Positions 33,541 to 44,139 of a stretch of 64,000 bases of DNA are shown in pieces; the first letter of the stretch is position 1, and the number at the start of each line of letters is the position of its first letter. Below the pieces are notes generated by a model. It searched no databases. It saw nothing but the letters and a program-made list of their open reading frames with translations, and was not told the DNA's origin. Made by a program: the position numbers and the translations under genes. The stretch lies in NCBI GenBank assembly GCA_000004985.1, contig GG738898.1; one strand, given 5' to 3'. The DNA is from Naegleria gruberi (Eukaryota).

Positions 33541-34167
33541 TGTTTAACAAAACCCATTGTTTACTAGTTACTTTGATATTATTCCTATTGTTTGCTCAAT
33601 CAGCTGTTGCCTTGATTGATCCAAATGATTTGAGTGAAATAAAAGAGACCATAATNTACCCTTTCCAACAGTTCTAACATTACATGTAGTACATGTTCTG
33701 AACAATTACTTCCATTCTTGAATGACATGTGTTGGAAGTATAACACCAATACTAGAGAGCAAATTGTTTCATTCTTGTCTATCTCTATTGATAAAGAACC
33801 TAACCAAAAATTGTTGAATGAGGTAATTGCTAGTGTTGCTCCAACCATTGTTGAACTTAAAACAGCTTCTCAGACTATGGAAGAAAAGAAGACTGATCTA
33901 CTTTCTGGATGGTTATCAACTTATGGATTCTACCCAAAAGGAAATGGTCAACCAATTGAGAGAGTTATTGGGTTTATTGTTACCAACTGGGCTTCACCTT
34001 CAACCACCTTACACATTCTTCTAAATGCCAGAAATATTCGTAATTTACTCAATACTAGACCTGCTTCTTCTGAAGTATTAATGTTTTCATTGATGAATTA
34101 CTTGAATAGTTTGAATAGTCTTGCCTACAGTTCTAAACCAGTTTGTTCTAGATTGGAATGTCATTAA
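33541..34167 (+). CDS. Small secreted Cys-containing protein. The reading frame is broken at the ambiguous base 'n' at 33656; treating it as a 1-nt indel joins the signal peptide to ORF 33718..34167.
   Basis: 'MFNKTHCLLVTLILFLLFAQSAVA' is a signal peptide, and '...ITCSTCSEQLLPFLNDMCWKYN...' continues in frame if the 'n' is removed. Confidence 0.5.
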
Positions 34168-34561
34168 ATGCGTTTTAACAAATTTGGTATTTAATTAAAT
34201 TGAATTGAACATTACACCTGTCTGAAATTGCTTGTGAAAGTTCTGAATATTCTTATATCTAGAATTGTATTCTCAATTTTTCAGTATTCGATACCTTATT
34301 TAAATTAGATTCTTCCTCACTAAAAACTTTCATATTTCCTCTTTAATATCTTTCAAAGAATCCGAAAGATATCCAAACATCCCTTAACAAGTAAGATTTG
34401 TTGGGCGACGAATTGTATGTAAAGGTGTTGGTTGACCAATAGAAACATCTGTTCCATCCTTGTAGTGATGAAGATTGATTGTCAGCAATTTTGTGGAATG
34501 ATATGTTTTTCNNNNNNNNNNNNNNNNNNNNNNNNNNNNNNNNNNNNNNNNNNNNNNNNNN

Positions 34562-34898
34562 CATTCTTTTTTGTAAATTGTCCACGAATTTAGAGAATCC
34601 TGAACAGAAGAACTCTGAAAAAGAAGACAATGCAGAAGAATTTAACAGAACAGAGAAGGAGCAAATAGAGATGGACATGAAGGAAGATTTTGCATATTTT
34701 GGTTACGCTCTTTATGAAGACGATTTTAATGAGTTTCCAATACTGGATAATGATGAAGACGATTCTTTGGAACAATTGGAACAAGCAACAGAGGAAATAT
34801 CTCTCCATTATCACTTACGAAGATTATTAAGGGAGCGTTCTTATGAATGCATTACAAATTACTTTCTGAAATTGTCAAAACCAACAAGTGCTGATTAA
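34562..34898 (+). CDS. Hypothetical acidic protein whose 5' end is in the gap at 34512-34561.
   Basis: ORF with D/E-rich 'EDDFNEFPILDNDEDDSLEQLEQATEE'. Confidence 0.4.
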
Positions 34899-35033
34899 AT
34901 CCACAAATATAGAGCGAGGAGACCATTCAGTAATCTTAATTTATTTTGTAAACCACTCCGCTTTGTTACTCCTCAAAAACTCCCTTCAAAGTCCGTAGAA
35001 GTAACACAAGAAAAAACCAAACAGAAAAAAAAA

Positions 35034-36955
35034 ATGTCAGTAAAAGGATTCTCACCATCATTATCATCGATCACTAACACATTGATGATCATTTTGATGA
35101 TGATTAATTTATTATCAATGGTTCATTCATCATTGTGTGCATCATCATCATCATGGACACAAAAACATGGTGATTTCTACATGTCCAATTCCATTCCTGA
35201 TTTTCCACTTTCCCATTCATCATGGATTAGTATGAATTCTCCGATGCTTACCAAGATGAATTTGAAACTTGATTCTACATCATTGATATTTGCAAATGCA
35301 CCATTGAGTGGTAAATTATTGATGGTTCTTGATGATGATAATCAACAATTGGTGATCGCAAGTATTAATTGTACTAGCGGAGTATTTAATATTGAAAGAA
35401 ATTTGACAAGTGTTTATCCTGGAACGAAGAGAGTTNNNNNNNNNNNNNNNNNNNNNNNNNNNNNNNNNNNNNNNNNNNNNNNNNNNNNNNNNNNNNNNNN
35501 NNNNNNNNNNNNNNNNNNNNNNNNNNNNNNNNNNNNNNNNNNNNNNNNNNNNNNNNNNNNNNNNNNNNNNNNNNNNNNNNNNNNNNNNNNNNNNNNNNNN
35601 NNNNNNNNNNNNNNNNNNNNNNNNNNNNNNNNNNNNNNNNNNNNNNNNNNNNNNNNNNNNNNNNNNNNNNNNNNNNNNNNNNNNNNNNNNNNNNNNNNNN
35701 NNNNNNNNNNNNNNNNNNNNNNNNNNNNNNNNNNNNNNNNNNNNNNNNNNNNNNNNNNNNNNNNNNNNNNNNNNNNNNNNNNNNNNNNNNNNNNNNNNNN
35801 NNNNNNNNNNNNNNNNNNNNNNNNNNNNNNNNNNNNNNNNNNNNNNNNNNNNNNNNNNNNNNNNNNNNNNNNNNNNNNNNNNNNNNNNNNNNNNNNNNNN
35901 NNNNNNNNNNNNNNNNNNNNNNNNNNNNNNNNNNNNNNNNNNNNNNNNNNNNNNNNNNNNNNNNNNNNNNNNNNNNNNNNNNNNNNNNNNNNNNNNNNNN
36001 NNNNNNNNNNNNNNNNNNNNNNNNNNNNNNNNNNNNNNNNNNNNNNNNNNNNNNNNNNNNNNNNNNNNNNNNNNNNNNNNNNNNNNNNNNNNNNNNNNNN
36101 NNNNNNNNNNNNNNNNNNNNNNNNNNNNNNNNNNNNNNNNNNNNNNNNNNNNNNNNNNNNNNNNNNNNNNNNNNNNNNNNNNNNNNNNNNNNNNNNNNNN
36201 NNNNNNNNNNNNNNNNNNNNNNNNNNNNNNNNNNNNNNNNNNNNNNNNNNNNNNNNNNNNNNNNNNNNNNNNNNNNNNNNNNNNNNNNNNNNNNNNNNNN
36301 NNNNNNNNNNNNNNNNNNNNNNNNNNNNNNNNNNNNNNNNNNNNNNNNNNNNNNNNNNNNNNNNNNNNNNNNNNNNNNNNNNNNNNNNNNNNNNNNNNNN
36401 NNNNNNNNNNNNNNNNNNNNACTTTCCAATGATTGTAAGGTGGCTATTATTGATTTGGAAATGGAGACCATTATTGTGGATGGAAAGAGACAAGCCAATG
36501 TTAAAATTGATCGATCCCTAACGGAACAATCTGCAATTGTTACAGTAAGTTTATTTATTTATGCAATACTTAATGTTATGATGAAATTAAAGTATTACGG
36601 AGCTAAAGTTATTAAAATGTGTGATAAAACATTATCAAACACAGTCAATATCACAGATTTGATAAGAAATGAAAATTTAGGACATTTATCACTTGGCAAT
36701 TTTGAGCATTTTGTTTACAATGTTTTGGATGAAAAGGTTTACAGTGGAAAAAAAACTTTAACTGAGACATTTATTTGTAAAATTGAAAGTAATGGTAAAA
36801 TTGTTGGCAAAATTCAAAGACCCAAGTCAAATTTGATAGAAATTGAATTTCCATCAACTCCAAACTATAGACACAAAGCACTAGTGTTGGCACTTGCCTT
36901 ATTTTGTTTTGCAACATCAGGTGGTGGTGGTGTCGTCTTCCCAATGATCATTTAA
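35034..36955 (+). CDS. Hypothetical membrane/secreted protein interrupted by the gap at 35436-36420. The 3' part 36440..36955 ends in a hydrophobic tail. There is a candidate in-frame 48-nt intron at 36546..36593.
   Basis: N-terminal signal-anchor 'LMIILMMINLLSMVHSSLCA' and C-terminal 'ALVLALALFCFATSGGGGVVFPMII'. Confidence 0.45.
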
Positions 36956-37087
36956 TCAGCTCAACAATTAACTGCCCTTAGGAAATTTTGGAAAGCAACA
37001 AACACATTGAAAATCATTAAATTAATGAAAATCTGTCATGAAAAATTACAAAATGCTTTCCTTACCTTTAATAGAAATTCAAAAAAA

Positions 37088-37684
37088 TTATGTTTTTTTC
37101 CTTTTTGGTGTTGTGTTTCTTGCTGTATCATCAGTATCAGTTTCGTCTCCATCGTCATCTTCTTGATTGTTTAATTCATTTTCCATTTCTGAACTAGTTC
37201 TCTTCTTTAATTCTCCAAATTTATTTGCCATCTCTGTAAAATATGCCTTCCTTATCAAATCATTCAAATCACTGCCTTTATCTGCTGAACTTTCATTTTT
37301 CTTTTCTTTTTTATCTTTTTTTCCCTTCTTTTCCATTTTTAATTTGTCCATGATGGCAGTTTGCTTATTCTTGATGGTTTCACATTTGAGTTCTGACTCT
37401 AATTTACAATATTTAATAAATTCCATCATGTTAGTATCGGAATCAAAAAATTCAGTCATTTTCTTTTTAGAAATTCCCTTGCTTTTAGTTTCGTCCGATT
37501 TGTTAAAAATTGTGGAAAGATAGAAAGCGAGTAGAGGTGTATGTTTTTCTTGATTGTATCCCACTCTCTTGGCTGGAGATTCTTGAATTGTTTGTGGTGT
37601 TGTCGTGCTGATAGGAAGTGGACTATCTTGAGACGAAACTTGACTATTCTTTCTTCTTGGAGGCATTTTTTTTATGGTGGACAA
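37088..37684 (-). CDS. Hypothetical Lys/Glu-rich protein of 198 aa.
   Basis: ORF with a basic N-terminus 'MPPRRKNSQ', a central block and an acidic C-terminus. Confidence 0.5.
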   Translation of the reverse strand: MSTIKKMPPRRKNSQVSSQDSPLPISTTTPQTIQESPAKRVGYNQEKHTPLLAFYLSTIFNKSDETKSKGISKKKMTEFFDSDTNMMEFIKYCKLESELKCETIKNKQTAIMDKLKMEKKGKKDKKEKKNESSADKGSDLNDLIRKAYFTEMANKFGELKKRTSSEMENELNNQEDDDGDETDTDDTARNTTPKRKKT

Positions 37685-38055
37685 GAGAAAATGGGCTGGA
37701 TGTCAAATTGACATTAACACTTCCGTGAATGCAACTTTTTTGCCATCACCAAGTTGAATAAAGGTGCACACGACTCAATTTCTAGAAATGATTGATGCAA
37801 TTGTTGTTACTTCTTCATACGATTGTAAACATTTTATTAAATTCTCTAATTGAAACCAATAGGATGTTGTGTGTTATTATTGGGAAATGTTAAGGGAACT
37901 TTTCTCATTTTGATGGTTGAGCTTTGAGTTAAATTTTCCATGTGTTAATTCCCATGTGTGTTTATATGTTCCACTGATAAACTGAAAAGTATATTTCTCA
38001 TTTATGGAGAAGGGTTTAGTTTGGAGTTTCTACTCTAAGAAATCAAGAAAGAAAA

Positions 38056-38974
38056 ATGAAGAGTAGCTTAAAGTATTTGGTTGGTATGATAATTGGTGCA
38101 GGAGGAATGTACCTTTACACCAACACTAAACAACCTTCAGTGAGTACGAAACTTTATTCGAATCAATCATCAATATTTCTATTCAAATAACAATTAGAAT
38201 ATCATTGGTGGTTATGCACCTCTCCACAGAATTCATAACCACATTTGTGGTGTTCATGGCTATGCTCATGGTTAGTATTTTATTCGAAACTACAATAATC
38301 ATGATTACACATCAATAGATATGAAAAGAAGTATTACAGCTCATCATTATTGCTCTCATATCCGACCAGATTTTCATCAATGTGTTATTTATGATAGTGA
38401 TAGTCCTGATGCCAAACTAATCGGAATCGAATACATTATCACTGAGGAAACGTATAATACATTGGATCCAGAAGAGCAAAAACTTTGGCATTCTCACCAA
38501 TATGAAGTTAAAGGTGGATTGATTACGTGCCCTCATATTCCTCAACTTGTTGAACATCAAATTATGAAACATATAATTAAGGTAAGAGTTTCATTGTAAC
38601 AATTTATTGTAAACTTTGTAAAGACATATGGTAAAACATTCCACACTTGGCAAGTTGACACTCAACCTGATTTACCTTTGGGAATCCCTCAATTAATGAT
38701 GGCCTACACAAGAGAGGAGAATATGCCAGAAGCACATGTCAGAAAAATGTTTCTTAATATGGATAGATTGAGAGATGACATTATCAAAGATAGAATCTAC
38801 ATTGAAGGAAGTGAGAAAGGCATTCACCCAAATGCTGACTCCTGGGAGAAGGGAAATACCGAATTATTATTGAAACTTGTTGATTTCAATTCCAACTCCG
38901 TTTCAGCAAATAATAATTCAGAAATGAAACCAACAATTCCAAAAGATGTTGTCTTTGATTTGAAAAAGGAATAA
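38056..38974 (+). CDS. DUF1264 / oil-body-associated-protein (OBAP)-like protein. Exons are 38056..38139, 38198..38270, 38319..38581 and 38624..38974; introns begin GTGAGT, GTTAGT and GTAAGA.
   Basis: The spliced product has the family hallmarks '[11 protein letters not shown]', '[37 protein letters not shown]' and 'LWHSHQYEV', followed by '[12 protein letters not shown]...GIPQLMMAY'. Confidence 0.7.
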
Positions 38975-39065
38975 AACAATTTATTATCAATGCTTTCTAA
39001 CAAATACCACATGCTCCATGCAATATTCTTCCTTTCGTTGATTTTCCTTAGTTGTTTGGCTTAAG

Positions 39066-39147
39066 GGAATAAATTCCGAGCAAATTCCGAAAAAAAAATG
39101 GCTTGAAATTGATTCCGAGGTTTGCAAACCAAAAATAATTCGGAAGC
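39066..39147 (+). promoter_or_regulatory. Heat-shock-element-like GAA/TTC repeat cluster upstream of Hsp70, with a TATA-like 'TATTTAAAT' at ~39187.
   Basis: Four copies of '(A)ATTCCGA(G/A)' or 'ATTCGGAAG' plus 'GGAATAAATTCC' lie within 80 bp, about 165-245 bp upstream of the ATG at 39312. Confidence 0.45.
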
Positions 39148-39311
39148 AAAACATCAACAATTTGGAAAGTTATTTTCGGGATGTAGTATTTAAATGATGG
39201 AACAATCTGCTCATGATGAAATAACAATCAGAAAAAAAAGAATTTAAATTATTCTTAGCTACAATATATTGTACATAATTATAATCGAGAGTAAATAGTA
39301 ATAACAACAAG

Positions 39312-41264
39312 ATGTCATCTGCTGAAGTATTTGATGGAGCCATTGGTATTGATTTGGGAACAACTTATTCATGTGTTGGTGTCTATATGGGAGATAATGT
39401 AGAAATCATTCCGAATGATCAAGGTAATAGAACAACACCTTCCTATGTTGCATTCACTGATGAAGAACGTTTAATTGGTGATGCTGCCAAGAATCAAGTT
39501 GCAATGAATCCACACAATACAGTATTTGATGCTAAACGTTTAATTGGTAGAAAGTTTTCCGATTCAACAGTTCAAGATGATATGAAACATTGGCCATTCA
39601 AGGTCATTACAAAGAGTGATGAGAAACCATACATTCAAGTTGAATACAAAGGAGAATCACATGTTTTCACACCAGAACAAATCTCATCCATGGTCTTGAC
39701 TAAAATGAAGGATATTTCAGAACAATATTTGGGTAAACAAGTCAAGAAGGCAGTCATTACAGTTCCTGCCTATTTCAACGACTCACAAAGACAAGCAACC
39801 AAGGATGCTGGTGCAATTGCTGGTTTGGAAGTTTTGAGAATTATCAATGAACCAACAGCTGCTGCCATTGCTTATGGTTTAAACAAGAAGGGTGAAAGAA
39901 ATGTTTTGATTTTCGATTTGGGTGGTGGTACTTTTGATGTTTCAATTTTGAATATTGAGGATGGTGTTTTTGAAGTGAAAGCCACTGCTGGTGATACTCA
40001 CTTGGGAGGAGAAGATTTTGATAACTTGATGGTTCAATTCTGCTGTCAAGAATTTAAGAGAAAGTACAAGAAGGATATTCAAGAAAATCCAAGAGCATTA
40101 AGAAGATTGAGAACTGCCTGTGAAAGAGCCAAGAGAAATTTATCATCAGCTGCCAATGCTTCAATTAATGTTGATTCAATTATGGACGGAATTGATTTGG
40201 ATATTTCAATGACTCGTGCTAAATTTGAACAATTGAATATGGACTTGTTTAAGAAGTGTTTCGAACCAGTCAAGAAGGTTTTACAAGATTCAGGATTGGA
40301 TAAGGCACAAATTGATGATGTTGTTCTTGTTGGTGGTTCAACTCGTATTCCAAAAGTTCAAGAAATGCTCAGAGAATTCTTCAATGGAAAAGAATTGTGC
40401 AGATCAATTAATCCAGATGAAGCTGTAGCTTATGGTGCTGCAGTTCAAGGCGGTGTTTTAACTGGTAAGGAAACCAAAGTCTTATTAATCGATGTTACTC
40501 CACTTTCATTGGGTATAGAAACAGCTGGTGGTGTCATGACCAAATTGATTGAAAGAAATTCAACCATTCCATGTAAGAAATCTGAAATCTTCTCAACCTA
40601 TGCTGATAATCAAACAGCAGTCACTATTCAAGTCTTTGAAGGAGAAAGAACCTTGACAAAGGATAATCACTTGTTGGGAAGATTTAACTTGGAAGGTATT
40701 CCACCAGCACCAAGAGGTGTTCCAAAGATTGAAGTCACATTTGAAATTGATTCTAATGGTATTATGAAAGTTTCTGCCAAGGATACTTCATCTGGTAAGA
40801 CACAAAACATTACCATCAAGAATGAACAAGGACGTTTGAGTAAGGAAGAAATTGAAGAAATGGTCAAGAAGGCCAAGGAAATGGAACAATTTGATAAGGA
40901 ATTGAAAGAAAAGATTGATGCCAAGAATCAATTAGAGGCCTACGCCTATCAAATGAAATCCACTGCTGATGATCCAAACTTGTCTGGTAAATTATCAGAT
41001 GCTGATAAGAATACCATCAAGAAGACATGTGAGGAAGTTATTAATTGGTTAGATAATAATTCTACCTATTCAAAGGATGATATTGAAAAGAGAAGAAAAG
41101 AATTGGAAGGTAAATGTGCACCAATTATTAGCAAGTTGTATCAACAAGGAGCTGGTCAACCAGAATTTACACCAAATGGTGCAAACTTTACCTCAGATAA
41201 TACTTCCAGTAATTCAAGCAACACAACATCAAAGCCAAAGTTTGAAGATGTTGATGTCGATTAA
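39312..41264 (+). CDS. HSP70: Cytosolic heat-shock protein 70 (HSPA/Ssa-type), 650 aa, intronless.
   Basis: '[13 protein letters not shown]', '[10 protein letters not shown]' and '[14 protein letters not shown]' with full-length collinearity. The C-terminus is 'EDVDVD'. Codon usage is biased to ggt/aag/cca/aga. Confidence 0.97.
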   Translation: MSSAEVFDGAIGIDLGTTYSCVGVYMGDNVEIIPNDQGNRTTPSYVAFTDEERLIGDAAKNQVAMNPHNTVFDAKRLIGRKFSDSTVQDDMKHWPFKVITKSDEKPYIQVEYKGESHVFTPEQISSMVLTKMKDISEQYLGKQVKKAVITVPAYFNDSQRQATKDAGAIAGLEVLRIINEPTAAAIAYGLNKKGERNVLIFDLGGGTFDVSILNIEDGVFEVKATAGDTHLGGEDFDNLMVQFCCQEFKRKYKKDIQENPRALRRLRTACERAKRNLSSAANASINVDSIMDGIDLDISMTRAKFEQLNMDLFKKCFEPVKKVLQDSGLDKAQIDDVVLVGGSTRIPKVQEMLREFFNGKELCRSINPDEAVAYGAAVQGGVLTGKETKVLLIDVTPLSLGIETAGGVMTKLIERNSTIPCKKSEIFSTYADNQTAVTIQVFEGERTLTKDNHLLGRFNLEGIPPAPRGVPKIEVTFEIDSNGIMKVSAKDTSSGKTQNITIKNEQGRLSKEEIEEMVKKAKEMEQFDKELKEKIDAKNQLEAYAYQMKSTADDPNLSGKLSDADKNTIKKTCEEVINWLDNNSTYSKDDIEKRRKELEGKCAPIISKLYQQGAGQPEFTPNGANFTSDNTSSNSSNTTSKPKFEDVDVD

Positions 41265-41286
41265 ATAAACACTTTTTTTTGAAACC

Positions 41287-41344
41287 ATTATGCAATAATT
41301 CACCAATTTGACACTCTACCAAAATGGGTATACTTTTTGTGATT
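41287..41344. repeat. Second copy of the 3' end of the ARF-like gene (identical to 44137..44183), abutting the gap at 41345.
   Basis: 'tcaccaatttgacactctaccaaaatgggtatactttttgtgatt' occurs at both sites. At 44140 it encodes '...KKYTHFGRVSNW*' of the BTB-ARF gene. Confidence 0.8.
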
Positions 41345-42043
41345 NNNNNNNNNNNNNNNNNNNNNNNNNNNNNNNNNNNNNNNNNNNNNNNNNNNNNNNN
41401 NNNNNNNNNNNNNNNNNNNNNNNNNNNNNNNNNNNNNNNNNNNNNNNNNNNNNNNNNNNNNNNNNNNNNNNNNNNNNNNNNNNNNNNNNNNNNNNNNNNN
41501 NNNNNNNNNNNNNNNNNNNNNNNNNNNNNNNNNNNNNNNNNNNNNNNNNNNNNNNNNNNNNNNNNNNNNNNNNNNNNNNNNNNNNNNNNNNNNNNNNNNN
41601 NNNNNNNNNNNNNNNNNNNNNNNNNNNNNNNNNNNNNNNNNNNNNNNNNNNNNNNNNNNNNNNNNNNNNNNNNNNNNNNNNNNNNNNNNNNNNNNNNNNN
41701 NNNNNNNNNNNNNNNNNNNNNNNNNNNNNNNNNNNNNNNNNNNNNNNNNNNNNNNNNNNNNNNNNNNNNNNNNNNNNNNNNNNNNNNNNNNNNNNNNNNN
41801 NNNNNNNNNNNNNNNNNNNNNNNNNNNNNNNNNNNNNNNNNNNNNNNNNNNNNNNNNNNNNNNNNNNNNNNNNNNNNNNNNNNNNNNNNNNNNNNNNNNN
41901 NNNNNNNNNNNNNNNNNNNNNNNNNNNNNNNNNNNNNNNNNNNNNNNNNNNNNNNNNNNNNNNNNNNNACATTTATCGTGTTCTGATTTCTAGAAAAAAC
42001 GAATGATATTGATTTACTGAAAGATTAATATTATTATCCAATA

Positions 42044-43296
42044 TTGTGATTTCGGAAAACCCTTTTCCTTTTTTTTTTGAATTTTTTCAAGGTTTGTTTG
42101 AATTGCTTCGGATTGGTTTGAATTGGATTGAATTGCATCAGATTTGAAAAAAATTTGGCTGCCCGAATTAACTGATAGAGTGTATGTGAATGGAAAAGGT
42201 TTGGCAGACGAAGAGATTCAATTAATTAAATATAAATATGACAATTATCTGCTAATAATATACCTCCACACAAAATTGCTCGTCTTATTCGAGTGGAAAC
42301 CTTGTTTTCTCTTCCGACGATTAGAAAATATATGGAAAACCAAGAAAAATCAAAACCAGGTCGTCCAAGGTATTCTGGAAAATCTACACAATTGAATATG
42401 TTGGCCTTTATTAAAACTTGTTTTGAAATTATGCCCACTCTTTATCTGCAAGAGTTGCAACAATCTATTAAGGAAATATTTGGAAATGAGATATCATTAT
42501 CTCAATTATCGGATGTCAAAACCAAGATTTTGAATATCACTAACAAGAAAGTGGAATTATTAAGTAATTATCGGAAAAAACCTCATATTCAACAACATAG
42601 AAAACTTTACAGAGAATTGGTTCTTGGTTTCGAAATTGATGATTTGTTTTTCATTGACGAGTCCACTGTTACATACACCGATCTAGCAAGAAGGAGAGGT
42701 CACTCATTAAAAGGAACACCTGCAAGGAACTCATCTCATCATGTTTCGAATAAGAGATTTTCAATTATTGCTTGCATCAATAGATTGGTTGGAGTAGTTT
42801 ATTGTGAAGTCATTGATACAACCGAAAAAGGAGTGGATCAAATTATCTTTTCAAACTTCATGGATACTTTGAAACATTTAATTCCAAAAGACAAAGTGTG
42901 TGTTATGGACAATAGTTCAGTTCATAATAAGGAAACTTTGGTTGATTCCATGAAGGAAGCTGGAATACATGTTCTATTTCAAAGTAGATATTCACCAGAT
43001 TACACTCTAATTGAATTTTGTTTCTCGTGGTTGAAAAGTGAACTGAAAAGAGAAGAATATATAACGTACCCATTGGCTTTCTTGGTGAAACAAACCTTTG
43101 ATAGTATGCCAGTGGAAATTGTTCGAAAATATGTTGGACACGCCCAACAGAATTGGAAATCCAATAGATTGTAAGTTAAAATAAAGTTTGTTTTATTTGA
43201 TTGAATTGGTTTGAATTGGTTTGTATTGGATTTTGTTGGAAAAAAAATTGCAAAAAAATTCAAAAAAAAAAGGAAAAGGGTTTTCCGAAATCACAA
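42044..43296. mobile_element. Tc1/mariner-superfamily (DD34E) DNA transposon of 1253 bp with a TA target-site duplication (42042-43 and 43297-98). It has ~44-bp terminal inverted repeats plus subterminal 'GGTTTGAATTGG' direct repeats. The transposase gene is frameshifted.
   Basis: Left end 'TTGTGATTTCGGAAAACCCTTTTCC(T)nGAATTTTTT' equals the reverse complement of the right end '...GGAAAAGGGTTTTCCGAAATCACAA'. The internal ORF encodes an HTH 'KPGRPR' and the DDE core 'FFIDESTV', 'VCVMDNSSVHNK' and 'YSPDYTLIE', with 34 residues between the second D and the E. Confidence 0.85.
42329..43174 (+). CDS. Tc1-like transposase; probably a pseudogene.
   Basis: The N-terminal HTH segment 'MKKIWLPELTDRVYVNGKGLADEEIQLIKYKY' (42144..) is out of frame with the main ORF near 42240-42265, and there is no GT..AG to rescue it. 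Confidence 0.7.
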   Translation, partial: YMENQEKSKPGRPRYSGKSTQLNMLAFIKTCFEIMPTLYLQELQQSIKEIFGNEISLSQLSDVKTKILNITNKKVELLSNYRKKPHIQQHRKLYRELVLGFEIDDLFFIDESTVTYTDLARRRGHSLKGTPARNSSHHVSNKRFSIIACINRLVGVVYCEVIDTTEKGVDQIIFSNFMDTLKHLIPKDKVCVMDNSSVHNKETLVDSMKEAGIHVLFQSRYSPDYTLIEFCFSWLKSELKREEYITYPLAFLVKQTFDSMPVEIVRKYVGHAQQNWKSNRL

Positions 43297-43459
43297 TAGC
43301 CTTCATAATTTTAATATCAAAATTCAATCCGAGAAGAATAATTTTAATATTACTGACTCTTCTAATTGGGAAATATCAGGAAATACTTTTAATGTTGGCG
43401 CTTATACTACTACTGCATTCAATTTATATTACTTATTAGTAAATAATCAAGAATTGATG

Positions 43460-43801
43460 AATGAAATATTACCATTTAATTTAACAAGTATTGAATTACA
43501 TAACAATTTTCCATCCTATTTATTAAAACAAATAACATTACATCTTTATTCAATGACAAAGTCATTTTCAAAGGAGGATAAGAATTTAAATATTAGTTTA
43601 TTAAAAGAGAGTTGTTTCAATGGAATGATATCAAATATTACTCAATTTATTGAAATGTTGCAAGAAAGTCAATTTGGAAGTGATTTGGAGTTTATTGTAA
43701 AATTTGTTGAGGAACAGAATAAGACATTACAACAACTTGTGTTCTCTGAAAAGGATTATTATGAATTCAATGCTATGGAGAATAATACTATTAAGAATTA
43801 A
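43460..43801 (+). CDS. Hypothetical host gene immediately 3' of the transposon. The track ORF 43211..43801 begins inside the right inverted repeat and is over-extended.
   Basis: Open frame 'MNEILPFNLTSIELHNNFPSYLLKQ...'. The transposon junction lies just upstream. Confidence 0.35.
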   Translation, partial: NEILPFNLTSIELHNNFPSYLLKQITLHLYSMTKSFSKEDKNLNISLLKESCFNGMISNITQFIEMLQESQFGSDLEFIVKFVEEQNKTLQQLVFSEKDYYEFNAMENNTIKN

Positions 43802-44139
43802 GAACAATTTATTGTTTAGGTATAGTATTGAAACTATCTCCCTTCACATATGTATGGATCCACCAAAATTTCCAGAGTTGTTTTTAAAAATTGAAGAAGA
43901 GATTTTACATTATTTTCCCTTATCATTTCCTCCCACTAGGGCTATGGCTCCTCTCAATATCATTCAAGTTTTCTGTAAATGATCATTATAGACAGTGTGC
44001 GAAGGAGCAGTCACACCATTAGAGACAACTCTAAGAAGAATGCATTGAGTGGCGAGAAAGATAAAACACAAACCGAGGATTAGTCTCATTTTTTTAGATA
44101 ATTATCAAATTATTGGCATTTACAAAGATGTTGCACAAA

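Noticed and set aside
42144-42395. 83-aa ORF as an independent gene inside the transposon
   Set aside because: It is the frameshifted N-terminal HTH segment of the Tc1-like transposase, not a separate gene.
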